Source: Octopus vulgaris
Lineage: Eukaryota
Assembly (NCBI GenBank): GCA_951406725.2
Contig: OX597824.1
Coordinates: forward strand, 32,488,001-32,552,000
DNA: 64,000 nucleotides
Direction: 5' to 3'
Shown here in pieces: positions 38,197-50,620 of the stretch (the first letter of the stretch is position 1; every line of letters starts with the position of its first letter). The notes beneath the pieces are model-generated. The model saw only the letters and a program-made list of their open reading frames with translations, was not told where the DNA came from and ran no database searches. Position numbers and translations under genes: made by a program.

Positions 38197-39180
38197 CTTT
38201 ATGCAAAGAAAAAAAAAAAGCAGAAACAGACAGTTACCATGGCTGTCTTCCAAAGTACAAAAACATTGACAATTGTATTCTTCTGAAATCACTTGTATCT
38301 AAGCACAAAATGATATAACAAATATGAGCATATTATAACAGATGCAAAACACACACACACAGACACACACACAATCACACACACAAACACACACACACAC
38401 ACCACCACCACCACACCACACCACCATCATCATCATCCCCTTTTAATGTCCATCTTCTATGCTGGCATGGGTTAGTTAGTTTGACAGGGTCCAGTGAGTC
38501 AGAGGATTGCAGTATGCTCTAACATCTGTTTTGGTTATAATTTCTATGGCTGCATATCATTCTTAATGTTAATTACATGACAGAGTGTACTGGGTACTTT
38601 GCTTCATGGTACCAGCACTAGTGAGGTCACCATGTATCTTGCAAAACTAACAATGACTGAGTGGGACTAAAGTAGAGAGGAAGGCAGCTTTATACTATGA
38701 GATGAGAGGTTAAATTAGAAAAGAAGAAATCGGAAGAGGTTTCTTGCTGTTGAAGAAATACAGGGTTACACTTCAAAGAATTTGATTTGTTTTTTAAACA
38801 TAGTTTATAGAATCATCATGACACCTTCAGCAAATTCACCCTGCTCTTTTAAGTGTGACATTCAAGTCAGATCCTAGCTGAAAGATGAACTGTTCAAATC
38901 TCATGCTGCTTACATTGATATCATTCCTTAAGATTATAGAGAATTTCTTTTTCCTGGGTATTTTCAATTTTTTACCCTCTCAGACAGCATATTTGTTTTA
39001 ATCTTTTTGTTATCATATTTATGTAGGTTAGAACTAAATACATGAGTGTATGTATTTTTTATTATTTCTATCTGACAGAATTTAAAAAGTGACATAATGG
39101 CCAATTAGCTGATAAATACCTGTATGAAACATGGACCACTTCGTTCTTGAAGTCACTTTATTGTTTCTGCTATTTAAGGG

Positions 39181-39222
<42 letters not shown>

Positions 39223-39649
39223 TGTAATACTTACAGTGTTTAATAAAATGAAGTAGCTGAAACGATTGTACTACACTACCTTGGATATACTTGTTGCTTA
39301 TTTTGATTATAATCACCCCATATGGATAACACCATACCAAATTCTGGTGCCTTTAATTTAAGTACCATATTCATCTGAATCTAAATTTTGCTGAACGTAT
39401 ATATATATATATATAAAGGTCCTGAGAGGGTAGAATGTAAGAGAACACAATGTAAGAGTGCACCTTTAATGCAGGTCTTAAGAAATGCCATTCTAAAGTT
39501 TAAAACCACAAATATTATGTAAATTTTCACTTGGAAATTTTGCATAAACTGGCACTGAAAGGAGAGTTGGTACAGAAATAACTGTAACTAATTATTAAAG
39601 ATATGTTAAAAGTCCTCTGTCTTCTTATTCTGATATATATATATATATA

Positions 39650-40300
39650 GTTAGTTAATAAAACATATAAGAGAAAAGAAGCATACTCTAAAGAATAGAA
39701 CAGTAATTGTTACAACCCCAAAATGTTATATCTTGGACTTAAAGTGACCCAAGGTTTCATATCCACTAAGCTAATGCCTTATGGACAGCTCATCATACTC
39801 TATATAAAGACAAAAACATTTTTACGTCATGAACGAGAGGAAATGCCCAGAAATTGAGAAATACATCTTAACAAAAAAACGTTAATGAGGACAGGCTGTC
39901 TCTCCTGAATTCCCTTATAGACCCGAAAAGGCCTAACAAGCAAATGAGGAGATCCCATTTTCCAGTAGGTAGCACTTGCACACATTTAGAAAACACTTCT
40001 TTATGACTATTTAACGTGCCAGGTTTTGTAAAGTCCTTAAGAATTTTGGCTCTCTCCATGATGCAGATTTTGCAATGGCCCTGATCAATTATTTTCCACC
40101 TTATATCACACGGGGTCCCTTGATCTTTGAGGTACCATACATGCAAGCCAAGGATGTGACAAACCATCTTTCTGGGACTCTGAAGGATGACTGTCATTTG
40201 AAAGAAGTACTGGCAGAGCCAATATATTTACAAACATAGGGTGTGACCATATTCGAACCCCTGGTAACCTATGGGGCCGGTCATCCCATCAGTGTATATA
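39650..40300 (-). mobile_element. Penelope-like element remnant (GIY-YIG endonuclease C-terminal part) between (TA)n tracts
   Basis: LGLHVWYLKDQGTPCDIRWKII...CKICIMERAKIL...TLNSHKEVFSKC resembles the pattern LS.HIW.LK...I.WKI..C.LC..EK..I..LN.R.E..SKC. Confidence 0.7.
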
Positions 40301-40720
40301 TGATATATACACATAATGGTTCAAAGAACTACAAAAGATGAAAAGAGTACTCAATACAGGCTGTAGAGGTTTAAACTTACACTATGCACACACACACGCA
40401 TACACTTTGCTGTCATTAAGTAATGTGAGAAAAGGTATTTGATACCATCTTAGAGTATAATCTTAGAGTTTATTTTGGCCTGTTATTCTAGTGTTTCTTT
40501 AGCATGCAGCTGCTTCCTTGGTCAGGAAGAGAAGTGGCTTCATATAAGGGAAACTCGTGAGTAGCAATCAATTAGAACAGTCACAATGAATTGAATACAC
40601 ACATACATACACCAAAATGTACACCAAATGTATACCTAAATATACATACTGAACACACAGACACACGCATAGAGATATCTATATCTATATATACATACTG
40701 ACAATATATATGCATATATG

Positions 40721-40774
<54 letters not shown>

Positions 40775-41373
40775 CATATAAGATACATGTATGTATATAT
40801 TGGCATTAGCAAAGGCATCCAGCTGTAGAGACCATGCCAAAACAGACAACAAAGCCTGTATGGTTCCTGGCATTGCCAGCTCCTGTCAAACCATCCAACC
40901 CATGCCAGCATGGAAAACGAACATTAAATGAAATGATGATGAATGATGATATGCATAAGATATATATTTATATGTATATATACATATAAGATATATATTT
41001 ATCTTTAATGATTTAGAAACAAACAGTGATAAATAAAACAATGAAAATCTAACATTCTAAGTTTACATATTTTATAGAATATCATAAAAATGTATCATGG
41101 AATGGTAAGTTTTAGTGGAACTTATCAACAAGTAAAACCAAGTTTGCAACTAAATTTTTCACATCTCAGAAGCATTCCAGAAATTAGTATGGTTTTAGTA
41201 TTGTTGTTGTTGTTATTGAATTTAATAAAGCACAATGACAGCCATTCAACATTAACCAAACGAAGTCTGGGTTACAAAACTTTGTCAGCAACAGTTTAAG
41301 ATACACACAACACACACATATATATATATATTAACAAACATCACTATCAAAGATTAGGACTAGATCTACTTAC

Positions 41374-41481
41374 TACCACCGTCAGACTTTTCAGTAGTAT
41401 CACTGATGTTGAGCGATCCTTCTCGATGTGATTCAGTAGTGCTGGAATCAGAGGTACCCCCTGCTATCCTCTTCAAGGTAT
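41374..41481 (-). CDS. RyR: Putative RyR DR2 cassette exon: (D)TLKRIAGGTSDSSTTESHREGSLNISDTTEKSDGG
   Basis: TTTTTCCTGGGCAG acceptor, GTAAGT donor, 108 nt, phase 1-1, no stop, richer in GC than its flanks. Confidence 0.7.
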
Positions 41482-44400
41482 CTGCCCAGGAAAAACCATG
41501 CAGAATGTTTGTTTCATGCGGTTGTCAACCATTCATATACAACATGCTAGTTTCTTGCTCAAATCTACACATTTGTAGTTGCAATGGCAGGCTATAATAA
41601 TACTGCCTTAGTAGTTGTGGAATTTGTAATACAACAATTTTCATGATATTATTTACATTTAATATTAAAGTTATATTTCAAAGATATCTTCCATACATGG
41701 AAGTATAGATATTTTTATGTATATTTCCTTTTCAGATAGGCCATAATTTTCTTTCATTTGTGATACTTTAATAATTAAAAAAATTCCCCTTCACTGTTTA
41801 ATGTTTTAATTTACAATATTTTGTGAAAACTTTAATATATATAAATTCATGGGCAGTGGCTCAGAACAGTATCAAAAATGTAGAATGAAGAGGTAATGTG
41901 TATTATATGAAGTATATTGCAGCATTTATAAAGTTGTTTCTTGATAATTTATTGTACAAACTAATTCTCATTATAATCAGCTATAATTGTTTTTAATCAT
42001 CTGCGTTATTTTTATATTCCCTGTATTAGAGTGAAGCTCATATACTGACTTAAAGTGATCGGTTGTACATTTATATTGGTTACTTAAGAGAGACAGCTAC
42101 AAACAAATGGATCAGTTGCCATACAATGTTGTGTACAAGTATTTAAGTTACATAGAAAAAAAAAACTGATGGAACTTATTAATAAGGAAATTGATTTGAA
42201 CAGTTTTTAAATGAATATTTCAATACATTCAACTAATGTGTTTGAAAGAAATTCTTTTGCTAAAACAAATAATCTACAATTCTATTTACATAAAAAAAAT
42301 AACACTACGGCTAAAAACAGATTATAAAATTTCATAAGTTAAAAATAAATATTCATGCAAATATTGGGGAAAATATGGTAAATGAACTATTTCTCAAAAT
42401 GATTATAATACACAAGAGAACCTATGAAACTGATTAAATTGGGACCAATATATTAGGATAAATTGAATGCTTTTTGAGCTTTTAAATTTCTTAGATTAGA
42501 TTAGATTAGTGTGTGTGTGTGTGTGTGTGTGTATGTAACTTATTGAATGACAAAAGAAATAGGACTGACAAAAGGAACCAACTTCATTGACCTAGAGCTG
42601 TTTCTGCTATAACAATCATGGTACTCAGAGCTGAGTATTTGTGCTTTTTTTTTGTATCAAAACAAAGTGCTCAATATTTCCTTCTGCTAAAAGTATGTAG
42701 AATTTAATTTGTGTATACGAGTTAATCAAGAATACAAATTCATACCTAAAAAATTTATTAGACCAGCTTTATTTATCTAATGAAGTCATTATAGATTGAA
42801 ATAAGAAATGGTTCATGGCATCATGAAACATCCATATGGCACAGTGTATCATTTATGAATTAGGAGAGTCTTTATTGAATTTCAGAAGAAGAAATCTAGA
42901 CTTGTGATAACAGTTCAAACATGAGTAAGTTTTTTCTGTTTAGAATTGTGGTAGAATATTAAATGATGTTTGAGGTTTTGTGGTAAAGCAGAAGTCACAA
43001 CACCTTAACTTATTTGTAAATGTTGATGCCTTAATCAGAAATGCCAACTCTTGATTTCCAAGTAAATTTTGGGTGTATTTTCCCAATAGCAGTGTAGGCC
43101 ATTGTATTCATGAGGAAATTTCTGAATGGAGGGTCTGTGAGACCTGTAGAGTTTGTGAAGGGAATTTTTTTTCATTGTTGTGATCTTATCAAGGCAGATT
43201 ATACAGTTTTCAATGTACTTTGCTTTCAGGTGCCAGAAAGAGCTCCATACACCAATAATTGTTTATTGAGTCTTAACTGTCTTAATTAGCTTAACCAGAG
43301 AAGGAAGAGGGCAGAATCCATGATCTTTTTCAAGGCCTCCAAAAACTTGTGGGTTTAAGTTACCTCCAGGCCAGAGACCAGGCACGAAGGCTGTAATCTG
43401 AGGCTGATCTACTGAAGGTATGCAGTGACATTAAACCAGATGAAAGGTTAAATATTCCACCCTAAAACAGGAATCTTCTCCCACTAGACTTTCATACAGT
43501 TTCCATCAACCAAATTTCATTTACAAAGCTTTGGTTGACCTAAGACTAAGACAAGAAATATTTGTCTCAAGTGTCCCACAATAGAATTGAACTTGAAACT
43601 ACAGAGATAGTTCTTAATGCAATAAGGTTAAAATATTTGATAACACTGTGTATAATCTGGACGGGCAAAAGGTCATCATTGCATTGGTTTTTGTGGGAAC
43701 AGCTGATGGAATAATTGAGATGTGCTTCATGGTAAAACAGAATAAGTTCCTCATTCTGTTAGTTTTGAAACAATGTTACATAGCAGCTATATTATATTTT
43801 ATTTCTTTATTTAATAATATTGGATCCAAATTTTGGCAGAAAATCAGCAATTTCGAGGGAAGGAGTAAGTTGATTACATTGACCCTAGGGTTCAACTCTT
43901 ACTCATTTTATCAATCCCGAAAGGGTGAACAGCAAAGTTGAACTCAGACTGTTAAGATGTTTATTTAATAATATTATGATTGTTACTGGTGAGTACATAA
44001 TCATCTTTATGGGGTGGCTGCATGTTAGTACCTCAGTTTAGTACTCCTCACCTCGGTTAAGGGTAGATTATTTTCATCATCATGCCTTTGGGTACATGCT
44101 TGAGGATGTTAGGTATGTGGTTTGAATTTTGGTGCTTATAGAATGAGTTGCTATATATTTTACTTGTGTGATTTTGAGGTAATGCTAAGCATAATACTCA
44201 GGAAATTTACATTTCAACTGCTGTTCTCAGGCCAATTCCCTGAATGTTATTTGAGAAGGTTGCTACTCATACTATTGAAATACAGTGCCCAACATTCTTT
44301 TATTACCTGTTACATAAACTTTGCTTTTGTAAAGCTGGTTATTTTACATGAAAACCGCTTGCCTGTCTTATTTAATGAGAAACCTAGAGAACATGATACT

Positions 44401-45428
44401 GAAATGCTCCTACTGGTATTTGCATATGCCTTTGCAAACAGGATTGCTTTGAAAAATAGTCAAATACAAGAGTGGTTTTGTATCTGTTTACCAGTACACA
44501 TACATGCAGATTCATATGTGTGTGTGTGTGTGTAGGAAACAGATTGATTTAGTTCTACTAGTTTCTTGGCCACAGAACACATCCCCATCCTCAGTAGTAG
44601 AGAGTGAGAGAAGAGAGAATTTAAAACAACTTTATGTAAATGGCTTCAAAAGGAGAATATTTATGTCTTCACTGATCAGTTATGGTAATCTGGATACTTT
44701 GACTAGGCAGTGACAGCAATCTTTTTATAAGATGTTCCACATGATAGAGCAGACAAGATAATGGTTTCAGGTAGTTGGCAATTTGCTGCATTTGCAATTT
44801 CAGCCATGCAGTTATTGTATGGTGACATAACTAGTTTGATGGTATCAGATTACATACCATTCTGCATGTGAAGCATGGCTGCCTGATGTAATTTTAGCTG
44901 GATAATAGTAGTCCCTAGTCATAGTAGATAGAAGACAAAATAATATTACTCTGAGTAAACAACAATTGCATACCATAAGGTTGTGCACGAGCCTGCAAGG
45001 ATAAAGATGGGCTTTCTACATTATAAGCTGCCAATGCTTTGAAGTTGGTTAATAGGGGAGTCTAATTGGTGACAACAATAAAATAGAATGTTTTTTTTTT
45101 CTCTTCAGGGATTCTGAAGGCTATTGTAGTATAGGTAGTTGCTTATTGAGGCAGAGATTGTAATTACTAACTCCAGATAAGTAATGAGATGCTGGAACAT
45201 TTACTTCACTGATCTCAGTCTCGAAATGAAGCAGGCTGAGGAGCTGGGGCTTATCCTATTCCTACATCTGAAAGAGTGCATGTGTGTGTGTGTATGTGTG
45301 TGTCTGTGTGTATGTGTGTGTGTGCGTATGTGTCTGTCTGTGTGTGTGTGTGTTTGTGTGTGTATGTGTGTGTGTGTTTGTGTGTGTATGTGTGTGTGTG
45401 TGTTTGTGTATCCCCATACATATATGGA

Positions 45429-45469
<41 letters not shown>

Positions 45470-45627
45470 TACAAAAAATTCCACGTAAACCCGAAGTTTC
45501 TACCTTTAAAAACGAGTTACAACCTCTTTACTTGTGTGATTTTTGCTACCCTGGTAACTATTTATCTATTTTTTCTGTGTTAATTGTTAACAAGGGAAAA
45601 GTACACTCATCTATTTATATATATATA

Positions 45628-45681
<54 letters not shown>

Positions 45682-45773
45682 TATATATATATATATATAA
45701 GTATATATATCTATATAAGTATATATATATATATACTTATATATATACTTATATATATATACTTATATATATA

Positions 45774-45823
<50 letters not shown>

Positions 45824-45840
45824 TTATATATATATAAGTA

Positions 45841-46946
45841 TATCTTATTATTTTGGGGGAATGGAAACTTGAAGCAGATAAAGTTATAAGTAACAGTGTG
45901 TAAAGATTAGGCTAAAAAACTCCTTTAGCTTGTAAAAGGTCAAAGGCTACAATGGGGTTGAGTCTATAAATCAGGGAGTCGATACAGCCACACATACACA
46001 CAAATATGCATCTACAAGTATAGATATTTCTAAGAACTCCCTTAACTTTTAATATGTTTTGGCAATAAAACATTCAATGCTGGTTTTAGATAAGGTGTCC
46101 CTTGTGTAGTAATTTTGTTATTGATAAAACCATTTCCCCCTGGATGAAATCCACATTTGTTGAGTTTCTGAACTTACTCTAGAAAGAATATAGGCAGTTG
46201 AAACAAATGAGCTCTTCAGTGAGTCAACTTTGAATAAGTGTGTGTTTTAGGAAGACACACTGTGGGAGTAACAAGTATGTAAAAACGTTCTTTGTTTGTC
46301 ATTAATATGTAGAAAAAAGAGGAAGGGAATTTTCGAATGGACTGTTTCATAGCTTTTTGAATACTTCTCAGAGAAAATATACCTAACTTCCTAACCTAGT
46401 AAGTAGCATAAAATATTTCGATAGTGTGTATGCATGTGTGTGTGTGTGTGTGTGCATGTGTGTGTGTGTGTGCATGTGCCTGTATACGTATGCACATGTA
46501 TGTGTGAATTTAACTCTCAAGCTAATTCACAAATATTACTAAACCAAATATAAATGGCTGGCTGGTAACGTATTTTTCTGCGATGTACGGATAATTTATC
46601 CTGATCACGCTATGTCTTAGCATTATCATGTGTTTGAGAATAAGAAAAAAACTATTTCTGTATCATCTATAAATGACTAAATTCTAAGTTGGTGTTATAC
46701 TGGAATATGTGGCAGATTATAATTGGGAAAAAACTATACACACACATATATGGATCTTATACATATATACATATATATATATGTTGTATATATATATATA
46801 TATATATATGTATATCTTATTATTTTGGGGGAATGGAAACGCGAAGCAGATAAAGTTATAAGTAACAGTGTGTAAAGATTAGGTTAAAAAACTCCTTTAG
46901 CTAGTAAAAGTCAAAGGCTACAAAGGGGCTGAGTCTATAAATCAGG
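45841..46946. repeat. 135-bp direct repeat pair (45841-45975 and 46813-46946), each following a (TA)n tract
   Basis: TATCTTATTATTTTGGGGGAATGGAAAC...GAGTCTATAAATCAGG present twice with few differences. Confidence 0.88.
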
Positions 46947-48044
46947 TACTAATGATGTACACAAGATTATAAGGATTACACCTGGCTGTTTACAGCAACT
47001 AAACTGATTACATATTAAATATACACTACGTAATTTGTGTATATATATATATATATATATATACACACTAAATATTAGATATATCCTATATATACACTTA
47101 ATATTACATAGGCAATATATATGCTTGATATTAAATATATACACTAATAACACACAAAATATTGCATGCACACACACACACACACATCTAGACTTGTGCT
47201 AAAATTTGAAATTGGTATTAAATATACACACTATGGATGAAAATAATGAATGAATGTGGAAAATTAGAAAATTATGTCCCTATTTGTCAATGTTTGAAAT
47301 AAGATCACTTCTCGGAACAATTGATGAAATATATATTTATTGATTCTGTGATTCTTTATAGATTCTTTGAAGGTCAGGGCATTAAGATTGAAGTAGAGAT
47401 TGTTCTTTAATATAGATGTGGTTTTCTTTCAAATAAAATTTAATAAATCTTTCGATTTCATAAAAATATACTGGATAGTTGGTTTTAAACCTCCCTTCAG
47501 CTAAAGAAGAATTTCATATTGATTCCTTAATTTTTGAAGAGCTATGTAAAGAATCTAAGAGACAGTGAGCCATGTTAAATAGCAATGAAAGTAATAGTTG
47601 CTGTACAGTGTTTATTTGATCCATGGTTACATTCAAGGAGAAGTCACCCACTGTATAGGGAAAAACTTATTACTGTTCATAAAACACCCACATTTAGATT
47701 AAGTTTAAATTAGATAATTATTGAATATAAATGTTTCCAGATATTAAAAGAATGTATAAATGTTGAAAGCAAGGGTTGTGGGTTACACAAGTCAATTAGT
47801 TTGTGCAGGAGTTATTCTCATTAATTGGTATTGAAGCATTGTTGTCAATGACTACAAAGGTAAAGGAGATATATTATGAGGCGGAATTAGTTCTCTAAAG
47901 ACTATTTAATCAAGTAATCAAAGCAATAGAAGAAGTCATAGTAAACTTCATGTAGACATGAGTTATATTTGATTGAGTGCAATTTGTGGCAGAAGAAAGG
48001 CTGTACTTGTAGTGAGGCAACTGTAAGAGAACTTCTTAGTTTAA

Positions 48045-48485
48045 TAATCTTTTCTACTCAAGGCACAGGGCCTGAAATTTTTGGGGAGAGGGTCAGTTGA
48101 TTAGATTGACCCCAGTACGCAACTCATACTTAATTTATCGACCCTGAAAGGATGAAAGGCAAAGTTGACCTTGGCAGAATTTGAACTCAGAACACAAAGA
48201 CAGATGAAATACTGCTAAGCAATTCCATCCTGCATGCTAACATTTCTTATTTCTTTATTGCCCACAAGGAGCTAAACATAGAGGGGACAGACAAACAAGG
48301 ACAGAGAAAGGGATTAAGTCGATTACATCAACCCCAGTGCATAACTGGTACTTAATTTATTGACCCCGAAAGGATGAAAGGCAAAGTCGACTTCGGCGGA
48401 ATTTGAACTCAGAATGTAACGGCAGACGAAATACCGCTAAGCATTTTGCCCAGCATGCTAACGTTTCTTGCAGCTCACTGCCTTC
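48045..48485 (-). mobile_element. Nested tRNA-derived SINEs of the most abundant local family (others at about 3443, 19015, 22030, 28618, 35035, 57460, 59595)
   Basis: Conserved core GAAAGGATGAAAGGCAAAGTCGACCTCGGCGGAATTTGAACTCAGAA; the reverse strand has B box GAGTTCAAATTCC. Confidence 0.85.
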
Positions 48486-49989
48486 TTCTTAGTTAATAAT
48501 AAGCACTAGGAGGAATCTCTCAGTCTACTTGCATTATAGTAGGGAATAAGAAAGTGAGGTGTGATAAAAAAGATTATGTATAAAGCAGTTATTTTTAACT
48601 GTAACTAAAACTCAGTAAAGGCCACACTGGGAAAATTTTAGGATTATGTATGAATGTAAAGTATTTAGAGTCTACATTGACAGTGAATTTAGCAAGAGAT
48701 TTGAGGTTATGAGGTAGGTGTTCACCAAGGCTCTGTTTTGAGCTGCCTTTTCATCATGCTCATTGAGATAATCATACTAAAGTACTACCTATATGTTGCC
48801 TTAGCAACATCTGCTATTTAGATCTATGCGCAGGGTCTGTGGAAGAACTGTAGAAAATATACAAAGAGCTGGCTAAAATTAAAAGCCAGAATAAGAGCAA
48901 AGTAACATGAATAGAATGATCATTTGCCTCAGTGTAGTAGTTTTGCTCAAGATTCCATCACTCAATTTAAAATTTATTGCTGATGTGTACCAGTTTTCAT
49001 CATATTTAGATCATATCAGATAATGTTAATAGAGAAAATAGAGACATCATTGGATGTTATGTGATAAGCAACTAGTATTGTGAAGCCTAAGCTACTACAT
49101 CTTAGCTGGAGTTTGTCGACTGAGATCAGAAGAATAGTGATAAATACTCAAGGATGCTTGTGCACAAGTAGAATTCATCAACAGAATAATAACAATCCTT
49201 AGAAACATTATGAAGATTATGACAAATAATAAAAACAGTTTTGTTTTTAAAAATAAACATATTGGAAAATGAGTCTCAGTTTTCAGAGAAATTTGAATAA
49301 GAATAGAAAGAGTAGAATGGTTTTCTTATTCCTTTAACAAATAAAGAACTATGAAAATACAACATTTATGGAAAGTTTTGGGGGTAATCAATTGTTTAGA
49401 GAATTTTTTTTAATCATAAAAACTAGGATTCTGTTTAAATATATAAAAGTATATTGTGAGCCCTGATAGGGTAGAGAATTACAGAATTTCCATAGCAGTA
49501 CTCAACCTGAACTCCTGGCTATCTACATTCTCATGTAACAACATTAAAAACAGAATGGTTTTGAAACAATTGTAACTATTAATAAAGATGTATTAAATTC
49601 ATTCTTTGTCTTCTTATTTGGAATATATATGTTCTTGTCTGCTTTTAATTATTTAAATTCTTCCTCTGAGGAATGGGCTAGTTTCTAACAAAGTACAAAG
49701 TTCCATCATTAGAATGTAGATTAATGTCATATTTTAAACTTGAGAAAAGTCTTGCATATTTTTACTGTTTCACTTACAAATCGTATTTTTAATGTGTGAG
49801 TTAGTTGATTGATTTCTTTTTCTGAAAGACCCTGCCTTGTCCTGATTGTTACTTAGGCATTTACTCACAAAACCAAGGGCACCAATTATTATTGGTATAA
49901 ATGTGTAAAGAGAAGGGAAATGAGCTGTGCCCTGAGAATAAAGCAGGGCATTCAACAAAGTAACTCAAGAAAAGATAAATTCATTATGC

Positions 49990-50312
49990 TAAGAAGTTCT
50001 ACCTTGCTCACCCAACTCACCAGACACCTAACACCATCAGATTTTTACTTATTCAGGTCACAGGAAAACTTTACCAAGAGAGAAAGAAAAAAAAATTCAG
50101 TATGATTTCAAAATGTCACTCTAAACCCTTTCCTCTTCTAAAGACCCTGATTTTTTTTTAACTCAAGGAATCAGAAAACTGGTTTTGAGATGAGAAAATG
50201 TTTTTGCTAGTGATGGTGATTATTGTTTGAATGAATAAATATACTTACAATATGTTTCATGCTGATTTGAACTCATTACATAAAATATGACATTGCTTCT
50301 CAGTACCCCATA
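49990..50312 (+). mobile_element. Mariner transposase 3' remnant
   Basis: Degenerate HP.YSPDLAPSDFYLF and QGIRKLV.RW..V..SDGDY motifs; ends at a TA run. Confidence 0.7.
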
Positions 50313-50342
50313 TATATATTTATATATATATATATATATATA

Positions 50343-50476
50343 TACAGTGTTATAGATCTATTTCAGTTGATTTTACTAATAAGTTTTGTACACAAATTAG
50401 GCAATCAGCATTAACCTAAGATGGAGCTCATGAAACTGGTTGGTAAAATCAGCTGAAATGGATCTATATTACTGTA
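50343..50476. repeat. 134-bp hairpin element (TA|CAGT...ACTG|TA), possible Tc1-type MITE
   Basis: Imperfect inverted arms of about 44 bp. Confidence 0.7.
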
Positions 50477-50574
50477 AAGTATAAATATTGACATACCCTA
50501 TTGACAAATGTATGAAGGCCTGCATTATTTTTAAGTTATGGATTATTAGATGATGTGTACATGTATATGTGTGG

Positions 50575-50620
<46 letters not shown>

